This document shows, one piece after another, positions 26,667 to 35,641 of a stretch of 64,000 bases of DNA. A program made the translations under genes and the position numbers. The number at the start of each line of letters is the position of its first letter. The first letter of the stretch is position 1. The stretch comes from Clostridia bacterium (GTDB lineage: Bacteria > Bacillota > Clostridia > Oscillospirales > Acutalibacteraceae): the NCBI GenBank assembly GCA_017410605.1, contig JAFQQN010000005.1, positions 108,741-172,740 on the forward strand. The letters run 5' to 3'. Under the pieces are notes generated by a model, which ran no database searches, was not told the DNA's origin, and saw only the letters and a list, made by a program, of their open reading frames with translations.

Positions 26667-28281
26667 CTGAATATCCTCCGTTTGTTATTTCTTTAGCAAT
26701 TATTTCGGCAAACTCTTTACACTTTTCTTCGCTTTCAGCCTCAATCATAATTCTGATAACCGGCTCAGTTCCGCTTTGACGAAGCAAAGCTCTACCGTTG
26801 CCGTCAATAAGCTCTTCAACCTTTTTAAGAGCTTCATTAACGTTAGCATCAGCCAAGGTTGCGGCCTTGTCCTTAACCCTGATATTTTTTGTATACTGAG
26901 GGTAAAGGTTCACAGGCTCTGCCAATTTGCCCAGAGTGGATTTTCTGTCGCACATCTCTTCGGCTAACATAATAGCTGTTAAAATTCCGTCACCTGTGGT
27001 GGCATACTTTTTAATGATTATATGACCCGACTGCTCACCGCCAAGGGCATAATCGTTTTTCTGCATACATTCATATACAAAGCGGTCGCCTACAGTAGTT
27101 TGAACACACTTCATACCCGCCTCATCAAGACCCTTTACAAAGCCGCTGTTAGACATAACTGTTGCAACAACGGTATCGTCATTTAACATTCCCTTAGACT
27201 TAAGGCGTTTGGCCAAAATATACATAATCTTATCGCCATCAACAAGACTGCCATTCTCATCTACAGCAAGGCATCTGTCTGCATCTCCATCAAAGGCAAA
27301 ACCAACATCTAAATGCTTTTCTTTTACCAGGTTACAAAGCTTTTCGGTATGTGTTGAACCGCAACCATTATTTACATTAAGGCCATCAGGCTCGGTACCA
27401 ATAACAACAGTTTTTGCTCCCAAAGCGTCAAAAACCGATTTGGCTATCATCCAAGAGGCACCGTTAGCTGAGTCGAGGCCTATTTTAAGATTTTTATAAG
27501 AGTTTGAAGCAAGGGAAATAAGGTAACCTAAATAGCGGTTTCTTCCCGAAGAATAATCTATAATTCTTCCTATTCTTTCTCTGTGGGCTAAAGGAAGATC
27601 ATCTCCGGTTACACCGAGATAATTCATATCGCCGTCAATATAGGCTTCAATGTAAGAGGTTGTGTCGTCGTCAAGCTTTTCCCCAAAACGGTTGATAACC
27701 TTAATTCCATTATCGTAAAAAGGATTGTGAGATGCAGTTATCATAATTCCGCAATCAAATTCATCCTGACGGGTAACATAAGAAACGCTTGGGGTAGTGG
27801 TTACGTGAAGCATATAAGCATCGGCACCCGAAGCAGTAATGCCGGCAACAATAGAATATTCAAGCATATAGCTAGAAAGTCTGGTGTCCTTACCTATAAC
27901 AATTCTTGGGCGATAATTGGTTTTTGTGCAGCCCGAAAGCTCTGAAGAAAAATACCAACCCAAAAATCTTCCTACACGGTAGGCCTGCATTGAGGTGAGG
28001 TCTTTATTTGCCTCTCCGCGAAAACCGTCGGTACCAAAATATTTATTTTGTCTTTTTTCACCGGTAGCCTTAGTGTTTATTGATATTTTGTTTTGTAAAA
28101 GCTCATCAGTAGACAAATTAAAAAGCTCTGCTAACTGCAAAACCTTATCAATCTGCGGCAATGCCTGATCCATTTCCCATTTAGAAACCGATTGTCTTGA
28201 AACCTCTATTTTTTCTGCAAGTTGCTCTTGAGAAATTCCGGCAGATACACGAAGCTTACATATTTTTTCGCCGATTGTCAT
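26659..28281 (-). CDS. glmM: Xre-type HTH domain fused to phosphoglucosamine mutase
   Basis: Start set at MTIGEKICKLRVSAGISQEQLAEKIEVSRQSVSKWE (HTH_3-like). This is followed by YFGTDGFRGEAN and the TASHNP phosphoserine loop of GlmM. Confidence 0.85.
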   Translation of the reverse strand: MTIGEKICKLRVSAGISQEQLAEKIEVSRQSVSKWEMDQALPQIDKVLQLAELFNLSTDELLQNKISINTKATGEKRQNKYFGTDGFRGEANKDLTSMQAYRVGRFLGWYFSSELSGCTKTNYRPRIVIGKDTRLSSYMLEYSIVAGITASGADAYMLHVTTTPSVSYVTRQDEFDCGIMITASHNPFYDNGIKVINRFGEKLDDDTTSYIEAYIDGDMNYLGVTGDDLPLAHRERIGRIIDYSSGRNRYLGYLISLASNSYKNLKIGLDSANGASWMIAKSVFDALGAKTVVIGTEPDGLNVNNGCGSTHTEKLCNLVKEKHLDVGFAFDGDADRCLAVDENGSLVDGDKIMYILAKRLKSKGMLNDDTVVATVMSNSGFVKGLDEAGMKCVQTTVGDRFVYECMQKNDYALGGEQSGHIIIKKYATTGDGILTAIMLAEEMCDRKSTLGKLAEPVNLYPQYTKNIRVKDKAATLADANVNEALKKVEELIDGNGRALLRQSGTEPVIRIMIEAESEEKCKEFAEIIAKEITNGGYSVE

Positions 28282-28300
28282 AAATTTTGCCTCTTTTCTT

Positions 28301-28314
28301 ATTCGTTTACGAAT
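28301..28314. promoter_or_regulatory. Perfect 14-bp palindrome, a candidate operator for the HTH-GlmM fusion
   Basis: ATTCGTTTACGAAT, 20 nt upstream of the start codon and next to the SD. Confidence 0.35.
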
Positions 28315-28590
28315 ATAGTATGCTTTAAACAGCAATTATATAATATCAAATTTTTCAGCGACTTACCACCAACCGAACCTTGACTCGTTCGCTACCTTTA
28401 GTTGCTTTTACACGCATTTCTGCGATAAATTTTTTTTAAAAACCACTTTTGAGCCAAAATTTTGCCAACTATCGTTGTCAAAACCTTGTTTAGGTGTAAA
28501 TAATTTCCACTTTTAGTATAACCCTTACGATGTAAAATAGTCAATAAAATTTATTTTTACAAAAATATATAAGCAACCCGCAGTTTACTA

Positions 28591-28619
28591 TTGCATTTAG
28601 CGGCATTTTAATGTATAAT
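28591..28619 (+). promoter_or_regulatory. SigA-type promoter of hisS
   Basis: TTGCAT, 17 nt spacer, TATAAT. Confidence 0.6.
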
Positions 28620-28655
28620 TTTTTAGAATAGAAACTGTTAAAGGAGCGACCTTTT

Positions 28656-29894
28656 TTGAATTTTATTAAAACCCCTGTCAAGGGAATGAACGACTTTTTA
28701 CCATCTGATATGCGACTGAGAGAATATGTTCTTTCGGTTATAAAAGAAACCTACGCAGACTTTGGCTTCGCCCAGATTGAAACCCCTATTCAAGAGCACA
28801 TTGAAAATCTGCAAAGCAACCAGGGTGGAGAAAACGAAAAGCTTATATTTAAAATTTTAAAAAGAGGCGAAAAGCTTAATATTGAAACCGCCAAGACAGA
28901 TTTAGACCTTGTTGACAGCGGTCTTCGTTATGACCTTACTTTACCCCTTGCAAGGTATTATGCCAACAACAGTGAAAATTTGTTTACCCCCTTTAAGGCC
29001 TTGCAAATAGGTAACGTTTTTCGTGCCGACCGCCCACAAAAGGGTAGGTTCCGTCAGTTCACCCAATGTGATATTGATATTTTGGGTGACGACAGTATGT
29101 TAGCCGAAACCGAGCTTGTTAGTGCAACTTCAACTCTTCTTTTAAAACTAGGGTTTGAAAACTTTAAGGTAAGAATTAACGACAGAAGAATTTTAAGGGC
29201 AATGGCTCTTAGCTGTAACGTTCCCGAAGAAAAGCTTTCCTCTGTTTATATTTCACTGGACAAGCTTGATAAAATAGGTGCCGATGGTGTAAAAGAAGAC
29301 CTGCTTCGCGGTGGAATTGACTCTGATACTGCTGATAAGTATCTTGAGCTTTTCTTAGACAGAGATGGAAAAACCTGTAGTGAAATTTGCGCTTCATTAG
29401 GCGAATTTATAGATTCTGCTATTCCTGAAGGCATTGATGCCCTTATGAAAAATGTATCTGCCGCTCTTGGAAGTAAGGTTCAGCTTGTTTTTGACCCTAC
29501 CTTGGTTCGCGGAATGGGTTACTACACCGGAACCATTTTTGAAATTGAAATGGCCGAGCTCAACTCTTCTGTAGCCGGTGGCGGCCGATATGATGAAATG
29601 ATTGGCAAGTTTGGTGCCAACCCAACACCGGCCTGTGGTTTTTCTATTGGCTTTGAGCGTATTATAACAATCTTAAAGGACAAAGGCTTTAAGGTTCCCG
29701 ATAGCAAAACTTCCGTTGCTTTTCTTGTTGACAAAAAGGCTTCTGCTGAAAAAATTGCCGAAACCTTTGAAACAGCCGCCAAGCTTAGAAAAGAGGGGTG
29801 TCGCGTTATGATAGCCAAGCGCAACAAAAACGCCAAACGCCAAAAAGACCTTTTAATTTCTGAAAATTATACCGATATTCGCGATATATTCTAA
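28656..29894 (+). CDS. hisS: Histidine--tRNA ligase
   Basis: TTG start 9 nt after AAAGGAG. Class II motifs (FRADRPQKGRFRQF, GGGRYD) plus an anticodon-binding C-terminus. Confidence 0.9.
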   Translation: MNFIKTPVKGMNDFLPSDMRLREYVLSVIKETYADFGFAQIETPIQEHIENLQSNQGGENEKLIFKILKRGEKLNIETAKTDLDLVDSGLRYDLTLPLARYYANNSENLFTPFKALQIGNVFRADRPQKGRFRQFTQCDIDILGDDSMLAETELVSATSTLLLKLGFENFKVRINDRRILRAMALSCNVPEEKLSSVYISLDKLDKIGADGVKEDLLRGGIDSDTADKYLELFLDRDGKTCSEICASLGEFIDSAIPEGIDALMKNVSAALGSKVQLVFDPTLVRGMGYYTGTIFEIEMAELNSSVAGGGRYDEMIGKFGANPTPACGFSIGFERIITILKDKGFKVPDSKTSVAFLVDKKASAEKIAETFETAAKLRKEGCRVMIAKRNKNAKRQKDLLISENYTDIRDIF

Positions 29895-29915
29895 CTTGTT
29901 TTAAGGGGTGATTTT

Positions 29916-30560
29916 ATGGCGGTTACGAGCGAAATTTTCAGCCGAAATGTAACAAAAAAAATCAATTTTAATTATCTCTCATATATTCCCAAAGACTACT
30001 CTAAAGAGAAAAAGCCACCCCTTCTTATTTATCTTCACGGGGCGGGTGAAAGAGGAGAGGATGTTAATATTGTAGCCCGTTACGGCCCCTTTAAATATGC
30101 ACAGCTTGGGGATGATTTTCCCTTTGTTATGGTGGCACCCCAATGCCCTAAAGATAAATATTGGGGTAACTACACCGAAAGCTTAGATAGTTTTTTAGAC
30201 GAAATTATCAAAAAATATAACATAGATGAAAGAAGAATTTATCTCACCGGCAACAGTATGGGTGGCACCGGCACCTGGCACTGGCTTATGGCCAGTCCCC
30301 ACCGCTTTGCTGCCGCAGCCCCTGTTTGCGGAACCGGAATTTATTGGTATGCTATACGCATTAAAAGTAAACCTGTTTGGGTTTTTCACGGCGATAGCGA
30401 CACTACCGTTCCGGTAGAAGAAAGCCGTAATATGGTTAAGAGGCTTATTGACTTTGGCGGTTCACCAATTTACACTGAATTTTCAGGCGTTGGTCACAAT
30501 GCTTGGGATTATGCTTATAACAAAGACCTTTATGATTGGTTTTTAGAACACAGTTTATAA
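29916..30560 (+). CDS. Alpha/beta-hydrolase esterase
   Basis: LIYLHGAGERGED and a GNSMGG nucleophile elbow, with a late HGDSD...GHNAW. Confidence 0.7.
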   Translation: MAVTSEIFSRNVTKKINFNYLSYIPKDYSKEKKPPLLIYLHGAGERGEDVNIVARYGPFKYAQLGDDFPFVMVAPQCPKDKYWGNYTESLDSFLDEIIKKYNIDERRIYLTGNSMGGTGTWHWLMASPHRFAAAAPVCGTGIYWYAIRIKSKPVWVFHGDSDTTVPVEESRNMVKRLIDFGGSPIYTEFSGVGHNAWDYAYNKDLYDWFLEHSL

Positions 30561-30574
30561 TTTAGGAGGCAACC

Positions 30575-31474
30575 ATGAAGCTTTCAACTCAAACATTAGC
30601 ACTGTCCAAAACCTTTGGCCGAAAAAAAACAGTCGAAATTCTCGCAAGTGTCGGCTACGAAGCAGTAGACATTACCTGTTCTAACAAATCGGGTTTTGAC
30701 AGTGACCCAATATTTGGCAATGATTATAAAAACTATGCCAAGGAGCTTATAAAAACAGCCGAAAACGGTGGGGTTTACTTTAACCAAGCACACGCACCAT
30801 TCCCAACCTCTACCGACGATGTGGGTTACACCGCAAAGGTTTATGAGAAGGTTTTGCGAAGCATAGAATTTTGTTCTTTGCTGGGAATTAGAAACATTGT
30901 TGTACACCCAAAACAACACTTACCGTATAGAGTAGAGGGTAACCCCGAAAGGCTTAAAGAAATTAACCTTGAATTTTATAATTCTCTTATCCCCTACTGT
31001 AAGGATTATAACGTTTGTGTTGCCGTGGAAAATATGTGGCAATATGATGATAATAAAGTAATTACTCATAGCACCTGTAGTAGACTGGAAGAATTTAAAG
31101 AGTATATTGATATGCTAAACAGTCCTTACATTGTTGCTTGTTTAGATTTAGGCCACGCAAACCTAATGGATAATCCGGATGTTTCAGGGTTTATAAAAGG
31201 TCTTGGTGATAGACTAAAATGTCTTCATGTTCACGCTACCGGATATAACAGCGACCTTCATGTTCTACCCTACACCGCAGGAAATATGGACTGGGACGGT
31301 ATTTTAAAGGCTTTGGCCGAAATTAATTATGACGGAGAGCTGACCTTTGAATCAGACACCACCATTGCCAATGTTCCCGAAGAGCTTAAAATTACTACCG
31401 CCAAATTTATGTGTGATGTAGGCCACACTATGACGGCAAGGTTTGAAAAATTCAAAAATGAGCTTTCTAAGTAA
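30575..31474 (+). CDS. Sugar phosphate isomerase/epimerase (xylose-isomerase-like TIM barrel)
   Basis: 299 aa. HAPF, VVHP, VENM and LDLGHAN metal-site pattern. Confidence 0.75.
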   Translation: MKLSTQTLALSKTFGRKKTVEILASVGYEAVDITCSNKSGFDSDPIFGNDYKNYAKELIKTAENGGVYFNQAHAPFPTSTDDVGYTAKVYEKVLRSIEFCSLLGIRNIVVHPKQHLPYRVEGNPERLKEINLEFYNSLIPYCKDYNVCVAVENMWQYDDNKVITHSTCSRLEEFKEYIDMLNSPYIVACLDLGHANLMDNPDVSGFIKGLGDRLKCLHVHATGYNSDLHVLPYTAGNMDWDGILKALAEINYDGELTFESDTTIANVPEELKITTAKFMCDVGHTMTARFEKFKNELSK

Positions 31475-31479
31475 AAAAC

Positions 31480-31514
31480 GAACCTGAACACCTCTGTGTT
31501 TAGGTTCATTTTTA
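31480..31514. terminator. Bidirectional terminator
   Basis: GAACCTGAACAC / GTGTTTAGGTTC stem plus a T-run. Confidence 0.7.
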
Positions 31515-31530
31515 TTATATATTTTTTTGT

Positions 31531-32004
31531 TTAAATCTCCATTATTCTGGGAACTATGCCCTCTTTGGTTATGTCTATAACCGCATAAGAATAAAGACCA
31601 TTTTTTCCTGCAAGGGTGCCGGGGTTTACAAAGTAAATACCGTTTTCATAAAGAATATCTGCGTTATGTGTATGACCGTAAAGGCATAGCTTACTTTGGC
31701 TTTCTTTTGCCTTTTCCTTTAAATAAGACAAGGAACTTTTTACATTGTAGGCATGGCCGTGTGTGTAAAGGATTTTAACACCCTCTATAAACTCATAACC
31801 TGTTGTGGACAGAAACGAAAAAGGGTTATCACAATTGCCGGGAACCATATAAAAGGTTTTATTATCATAGCAATAAGAAATTTCTTCTGCTTTTGAAAGG
31901 CCATCTCCCAGAAAAAATATATTTTTAATATCGGGGTGGTTATTGATTGCCTTTTCAAAATAGCTTACCTTCCCGTGCATATCTGAGGTAACTAATATTT
32001 TCAT
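31531..32004 (-). CDS. YfcE/MJ0936-family metallophosphoesterase
   Basis: DMHG, GDG, GNCD, THGH and GHTH motifs, all present. Confidence 0.85.
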   Translation of the reverse strand: MKILVTSDMHGKVSYFEKAINNHPDIKNIFFLGDGLSKAEEISYCYDNKTFYMVPGNCDNPFSFLSTTGYEFIEGVKILYTHGHAYNVKSSLSYLKEKAKESQSKLCLYGHTHNADILYENGIYFVNPGTLAGKNGLYSYAVIDITKEGIVPRIMEI

Positions 32005-32075
32005 AAAAAACTCCTTTGTGATACAAATTAAATTTTCTGCATAAAATATATCAGTAATATATGAGGTGATGTGTT

Positions 32076-32315
32076 ATGTCAAACAATTTCGATTCTTCTA
32101 AACTAAACGAAGAAACAAAGCGGCTTTTAAAAAGCAAGGGTATAAACCCGGAAATATTTCAAAACAACGGGGCTGCTGAGCTTCTTTCTTCTATTAATAA
32201 AACAGAAGCCGCAAAAATCAATTCTATATTAAATGACCGACAGGCCTTAGAGCAGATACTTTCCTCCGACCGTGCAAAAGCAGTAATAAAACAGCTTTTT
32301 GGCAACAGCAAATAA
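32076..32315 (+). CDS. Hypothetical small protein (79 aa)
   Basis: AGGTGATG SD. First of three coupled small ORFs. Confidence 0.55.
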   Translation: MSNNFDSSKLNEETKRLLKSKGINPEIFQNNGAAELLSSINKTEAAKINSILNDRQALEQILSSDRAKAVIKQLFGNSK

Positions 32316-32693
32316 ATGGATATTAACGAACAATTAACCAAGCTTTTAAGCTCCCCTGAAACGGTAGAACAGCTAAAAAAAGTTGCCGGTGAGTTTTTAG
32401 GAAACGATACCCCTGCACCTCCCCAGCCCCAAAGTAGCGGTGGGTTTTCACTTCCCCAGGGTCTTTTAGAAAATGTTGGTAACATTGGCTCTGTTATGAA
32501 GCTTATTTCCTTACTTCAAAACGGCAAGGATGACGACCGCATAAAGCTTTTACACGCTCTTAAGCCACACTTAAGTATTAACCGCGCCAAAAGGGTTGAT
32601 AAGGCTATTTCACTTTTGAAAATTGCCTCTGTTCTTCCTATATTAAAAGAAGAGGGCTTATTAGACGGCTTGTTAGGGGGCGATATTTTTTGA
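32316..32693 (+). CDS. Hypothetical small protein (125 aa)
   Basis: ATG immediately follows the upstream TAA. Confidence 0.55.
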   Translation: MDINEQLTKLLSSPETVEQLKKVAGEFLGNDTPAPPQPQSSGGFSLPQGLLENVGNIGSVMKLISLLQNGKDDDRIKLLHALKPHLSINRAKRVDKAISLLKIASVLPILKEEGLLDGLLGGDIF

Positions 32694-33052
32694 CCGAAAA
32701 CCAAAAGGCCGAATTTGAAAGGCAAAAGCACATTTCAGAAAACCAATTAAGGGAAATGTATTACGGTAAAAATTCTTCTGGCGGATTAAAGGTTCCTCCT
32801 TTTGTTAAGGCCTCACAGCCCGAGCAAAAGGAGTCCTCTACATCCCAAACACAAACCCGCTCAAATTCAGAGCCTACCAAACCGTCAAAGCCCTCTGCAG
32901 TACCAAAAAAGCGAAATATTTTAGAGCTTATTAACCTTAAAAACCTTGTGCTTGATGATGACAGAATTTTGCTGGTTTCCCTTTGCCTTTTATTATCACA
33001 CGAAGAGGCAGATGAGCTTTTAATAATGGCGCTTATATACATAATGCTTTAA
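32690..33052 (+). CDS. Hypothetical small protein (120 aa) with a hydrophobic C-terminal tail
   Basis: TTG start overlapping the upstream TGA, with GGGGG upstream. The C-terminus is ILLVSLCLLLSHEEADELLIMALIYIML. Confidence 0.5.
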   Translation: MTENQKAEFERQKHISENQLREMYYGKNSSGGLKVPPFVKASQPEQKESSTSQTQTRSNSEPTKPSKPSAVPKKRNILELINLKNLVLDDDRILLVSLCLLLSHEEADELLIMALIYIML

Positions 33053-33061
33053 AGCACTTGC

Positions 33062-33100
33062 TCAGCCAAGACCTAAAAAGGGTACTTGGCTGATTTTTTT
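33062..33100 (+). terminator. Terminator after the small-ORF triplet
   Basis: TCAGCCAAG / CTTGGCTGA stem followed by TTTTTTT. Confidence 0.7.
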
Positions 33101-33216
33101 ATTTTATCACATTTTACGGTTCAAAGCAAATTATTTTTCCTGCGGTAAAATATATTTGACTTTATGCCTTTAGGGGTTATATAATAGTATTAAAATATCA
33201 CCCGAAAGGTAATGCT

Positions 33217-35586
33217 ATGCTTTATACAAAAGAAGAGTTTATTAAACTTCGCCAAAACATTATAAGAAAAGATTTTGACAGAATGAATAATATGCAGCTT
33301 GAAGCTGTAGTTACTGCTAAAGGTCCACTGCTTGTTTTGGCCGGTGCCGGTAGCGGTAAAACAACTGTGCTTGTAAACCGAATAGCCTGTCTTGTAAAAT
33401 ACGGCGATGCTTTTTTTAGTAATTATGTTCCTCAGCTTACTGCAGAAGAATGGCAGTGCGGCCTGGCTTTTGCTAAGGGTGAAAGCAATTATTTGCCCAG
33501 TAGCGCTTATTCATATTTTCCTGCTCAGCCTTGGGAAATTCTCGCCATTACCTTTACTAATAAGGCCGCAAACGAGCTGAAAGGCAGAATAGCACAGCGT
33601 TTGGGCGATATAGCAAACGATATATGGGCCGGAACCTTTCACAGCATATGCGCAAGAATTCTTCGCCGCTATGGTGATATAATAGGCTATTCCTCTCATT
33701 TTACCATTTATGACGCCGACGACCAAAAGCGCATTATAAAAGAGATTTTAAAGCGTTCGGGAATATCTGAAAAAGAGCTTCCTCCCAAACATATTTTAAA
33801 CGAAATAAGCCGAGCAAAGGATAGCCTTATTTCCCCCGAAGAATATAAACTTAGTTGTGGCAACAATCCTATAAAAAAAGCAATAGCCGAAATTTACAAA
33901 ATATATCAAAAACAGCTTGCTTCTTCTGACGCTATGGATTTTGACGACATTATTTATAACACTGTAGCCCTGTTTGAAAAGGACTCTTCTGTTTTAGAAT
34001 ACTATCAAAACAAATTCAAGTATATTATGGTAGACGAATATCAAGATACAAACCATGCACAATACCGCTTAGTAAGTCTTTTGGCAGACAAATATAAAAA
34101 CATTTGTGTTGTGGGCGATGATGACCAAAGCATTTATTCTTTCCGTGGGGCAACCATTGAAAATATTTTGAGCTTTGAAGATAATTTTCCCGGTGCTAAG
34201 GTTGTAAGGCTTGAGCAAAACTACCGTTCTACATCGGCAATACTTGATGCGGCAAATTCTGTTATTGCTAATAACCGTGGCCGCAAGGGTAAAAAACTTT
34301 GGACAGAAAACTCAGACGACACAAAGCTTATGGTTGCAACCCTTTCCACCGAGCAAGAGGAGGCAAAATACATTGCCGACTGTATTTTAGAAGGTGCCAA
34401 AAATGGCATTAATTTTAGCAACAATGCTATTTTATACCGTATGAATGCCCTTTCAAGCACTATTGAAAATGTTTTAGTTAGAAGCGGAATACCCTACTGT
34501 ATAATAGGCGGCCACCGCTTTTTCGACCGAAAAGAAATTAAAGACGTTATTGCCTATTTGCAGGTAATTAACAATACATCTGACAATCTTCGACTGAAGA
34601 GAATTATAAACGAACCCAAAAGAGGCATTGGTGAAACCACGGTAAAAAATGCCGAACAGATTGCTCTTTCTCTTGGTTGCAGTCTTTTTGAGGTTTTTGA
34701 AAATGCCGAGGACTATCCCACCCTTTCAAGAAGCGCCGCGCGACTTAAAGGGTTTACCCAAATGATACATAAGCTTGAGGATATGGCAGAAACCTCCCCG
34801 CTTGACGAGTTATTTGAAGCCACTATAAATGATAGCGGATATATTTCTGCCCTTAAGGCCGAGGGTGAAGACTCAGCCGACAGGGTTGATAATGTAAACG
34901 AGCTTTTATCAGGCATTCGCACCTATATGAAAGAGGCTGAGGCTCCCTCTCTTTCAGAATACCTTGAAGAGGTTGCCCTTGTGACAGACATTGATAACTA
35001 CAATGCTGATGACGACCGCGTGGTGCTTATGACACTGCACTCTGCAAAAGGGTTAGAATTTGACCGCGTTTTTCTTATAGGAATGGAGGAAAATATTTTC
35101 CCAGGTGTGCAATCAATATATGACACGGCTCAGCTTGAGGAAGAAAGACGACTAGCCTATGTAGGTTACACCAGAGCCAAGAAAAAGCTTTTTATAACCA
35201 ACGCATATACAAGAATGCTCTTTGGCTCTACACAGCGTAATACTGTGTCCCGTTTTGTTAAAGAAATACCTTCGCATCTTTATAACACCTTTGGCAACTA
35301 TTCATCTTATATTACAAATCGTGACCAAAGACAGGCCTATAATAATTATTTAAACGGCTCTGATGACACCAAGCCATATTTTGAGCAAGGCGTTTCTAAG
35401 CCTTCAAATAACACAAAACCATCTACAAGCTATACAAAAGGAATGAGAGTTCGTCATAAAATTTTTGGTGAGGGGCTGATTTTAAGCAGCACCCCAATGG
35501 GCGGCGACTTTTTATTAGAAATTGCCTTTGATGAAAAAGGCACTAAAAAGCTTATGACCAACTTTGTGAAAATGGAAATACTATAA
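33217..35586 (+). CDS. pcrA: ATP-dependent DNA helicase PcrA/UvrD
   Basis: AGAGSGKTT, DEYQDTN and other SF1 motifs. 789 aa. Confidence 0.95.
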   Translation: MLYTKEEFIKLRQNIIRKDFDRMNNMQLEAVVTAKGPLLVLAGAGSGKTTVLVNRIACLVKYGDAFFSNYVPQLTAEEWQCGLAFAKGESNYLPSSAYSYFPAQPWEILAITFTNKAANELKGRIAQRLGDIANDIWAGTFHSICARILRRYGDIIGYSSHFTIYDADDQKRIIKEILKRSGISEKELPPKHILNEISRAKDSLISPEEYKLSCGNNPIKKAIAEIYKIYQKQLASSDAMDFDDIIYNTVALFEKDSSVLEYYQNKFKYIMVDEYQDTNHAQYRLVSLLADKYKNICVVGDDDQSIYSFRGATIENILSFEDNFPGAKVVRLEQNYRSTSAILDAANSVIANNRGRKGKKLWTENSDDTKLMVATLSTEQEEAKYIADCILEGAKNGINFSNNAILYRMNALSSTIENVLVRSGIPYCIIGGHRFFDRKEIKDVIAYLQVINNTSDNLRLKRIINEPKRGIGETTVKNAEQIALSLGCSLFEVFENAEDYPTLSRSAARLKGFTQMIHKLEDMAETSPLDELFEATINDSGYISALKAEGEDSADRVDNVNELLSGIRTYMKEAEAPSLSEYLEEVALVTDIDNYNADDDRVVLMTLHSAKGLEFDRVFLIGMEENIFPGVQSIYDTAQLEEERRLAYVGYTRAKKKLFITNAYTRMLFGSTQRNTVSRFVKEIPSHLYNTFGNYSSYITNRDQRQAYNNYLNGSDDTKPYFEQGVSKPSNNTKPSTSYTKGMRVRHKIFGEGLILSSTPMGGDFLLEIAFDEKGTKKLMTNFVKMEIL

Positions 35587-35587
35587 C

Positions 35588-35630
35588 AAAAAAACAGTTG
35601 TCTTACAAAAAAGTAAGTCAACTGTTTTTT
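35588..35630. terminator. Bidirectional terminator
   Basis: AAAAACAGTTGTCTTAC / GTAAGTCAACTGTTTTT. Confidence 0.75.
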
Positions 35631-35641
35631 AACTATTTGTA

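Noticed and set aside
28336-28655. T-box leader upstream of hisS
   Set aside because: No T-box 14-mer (AGGGTGGTACCGCG-like) or specifier or antiterminator architecture is visible. Only a promoter and a short leader are present.
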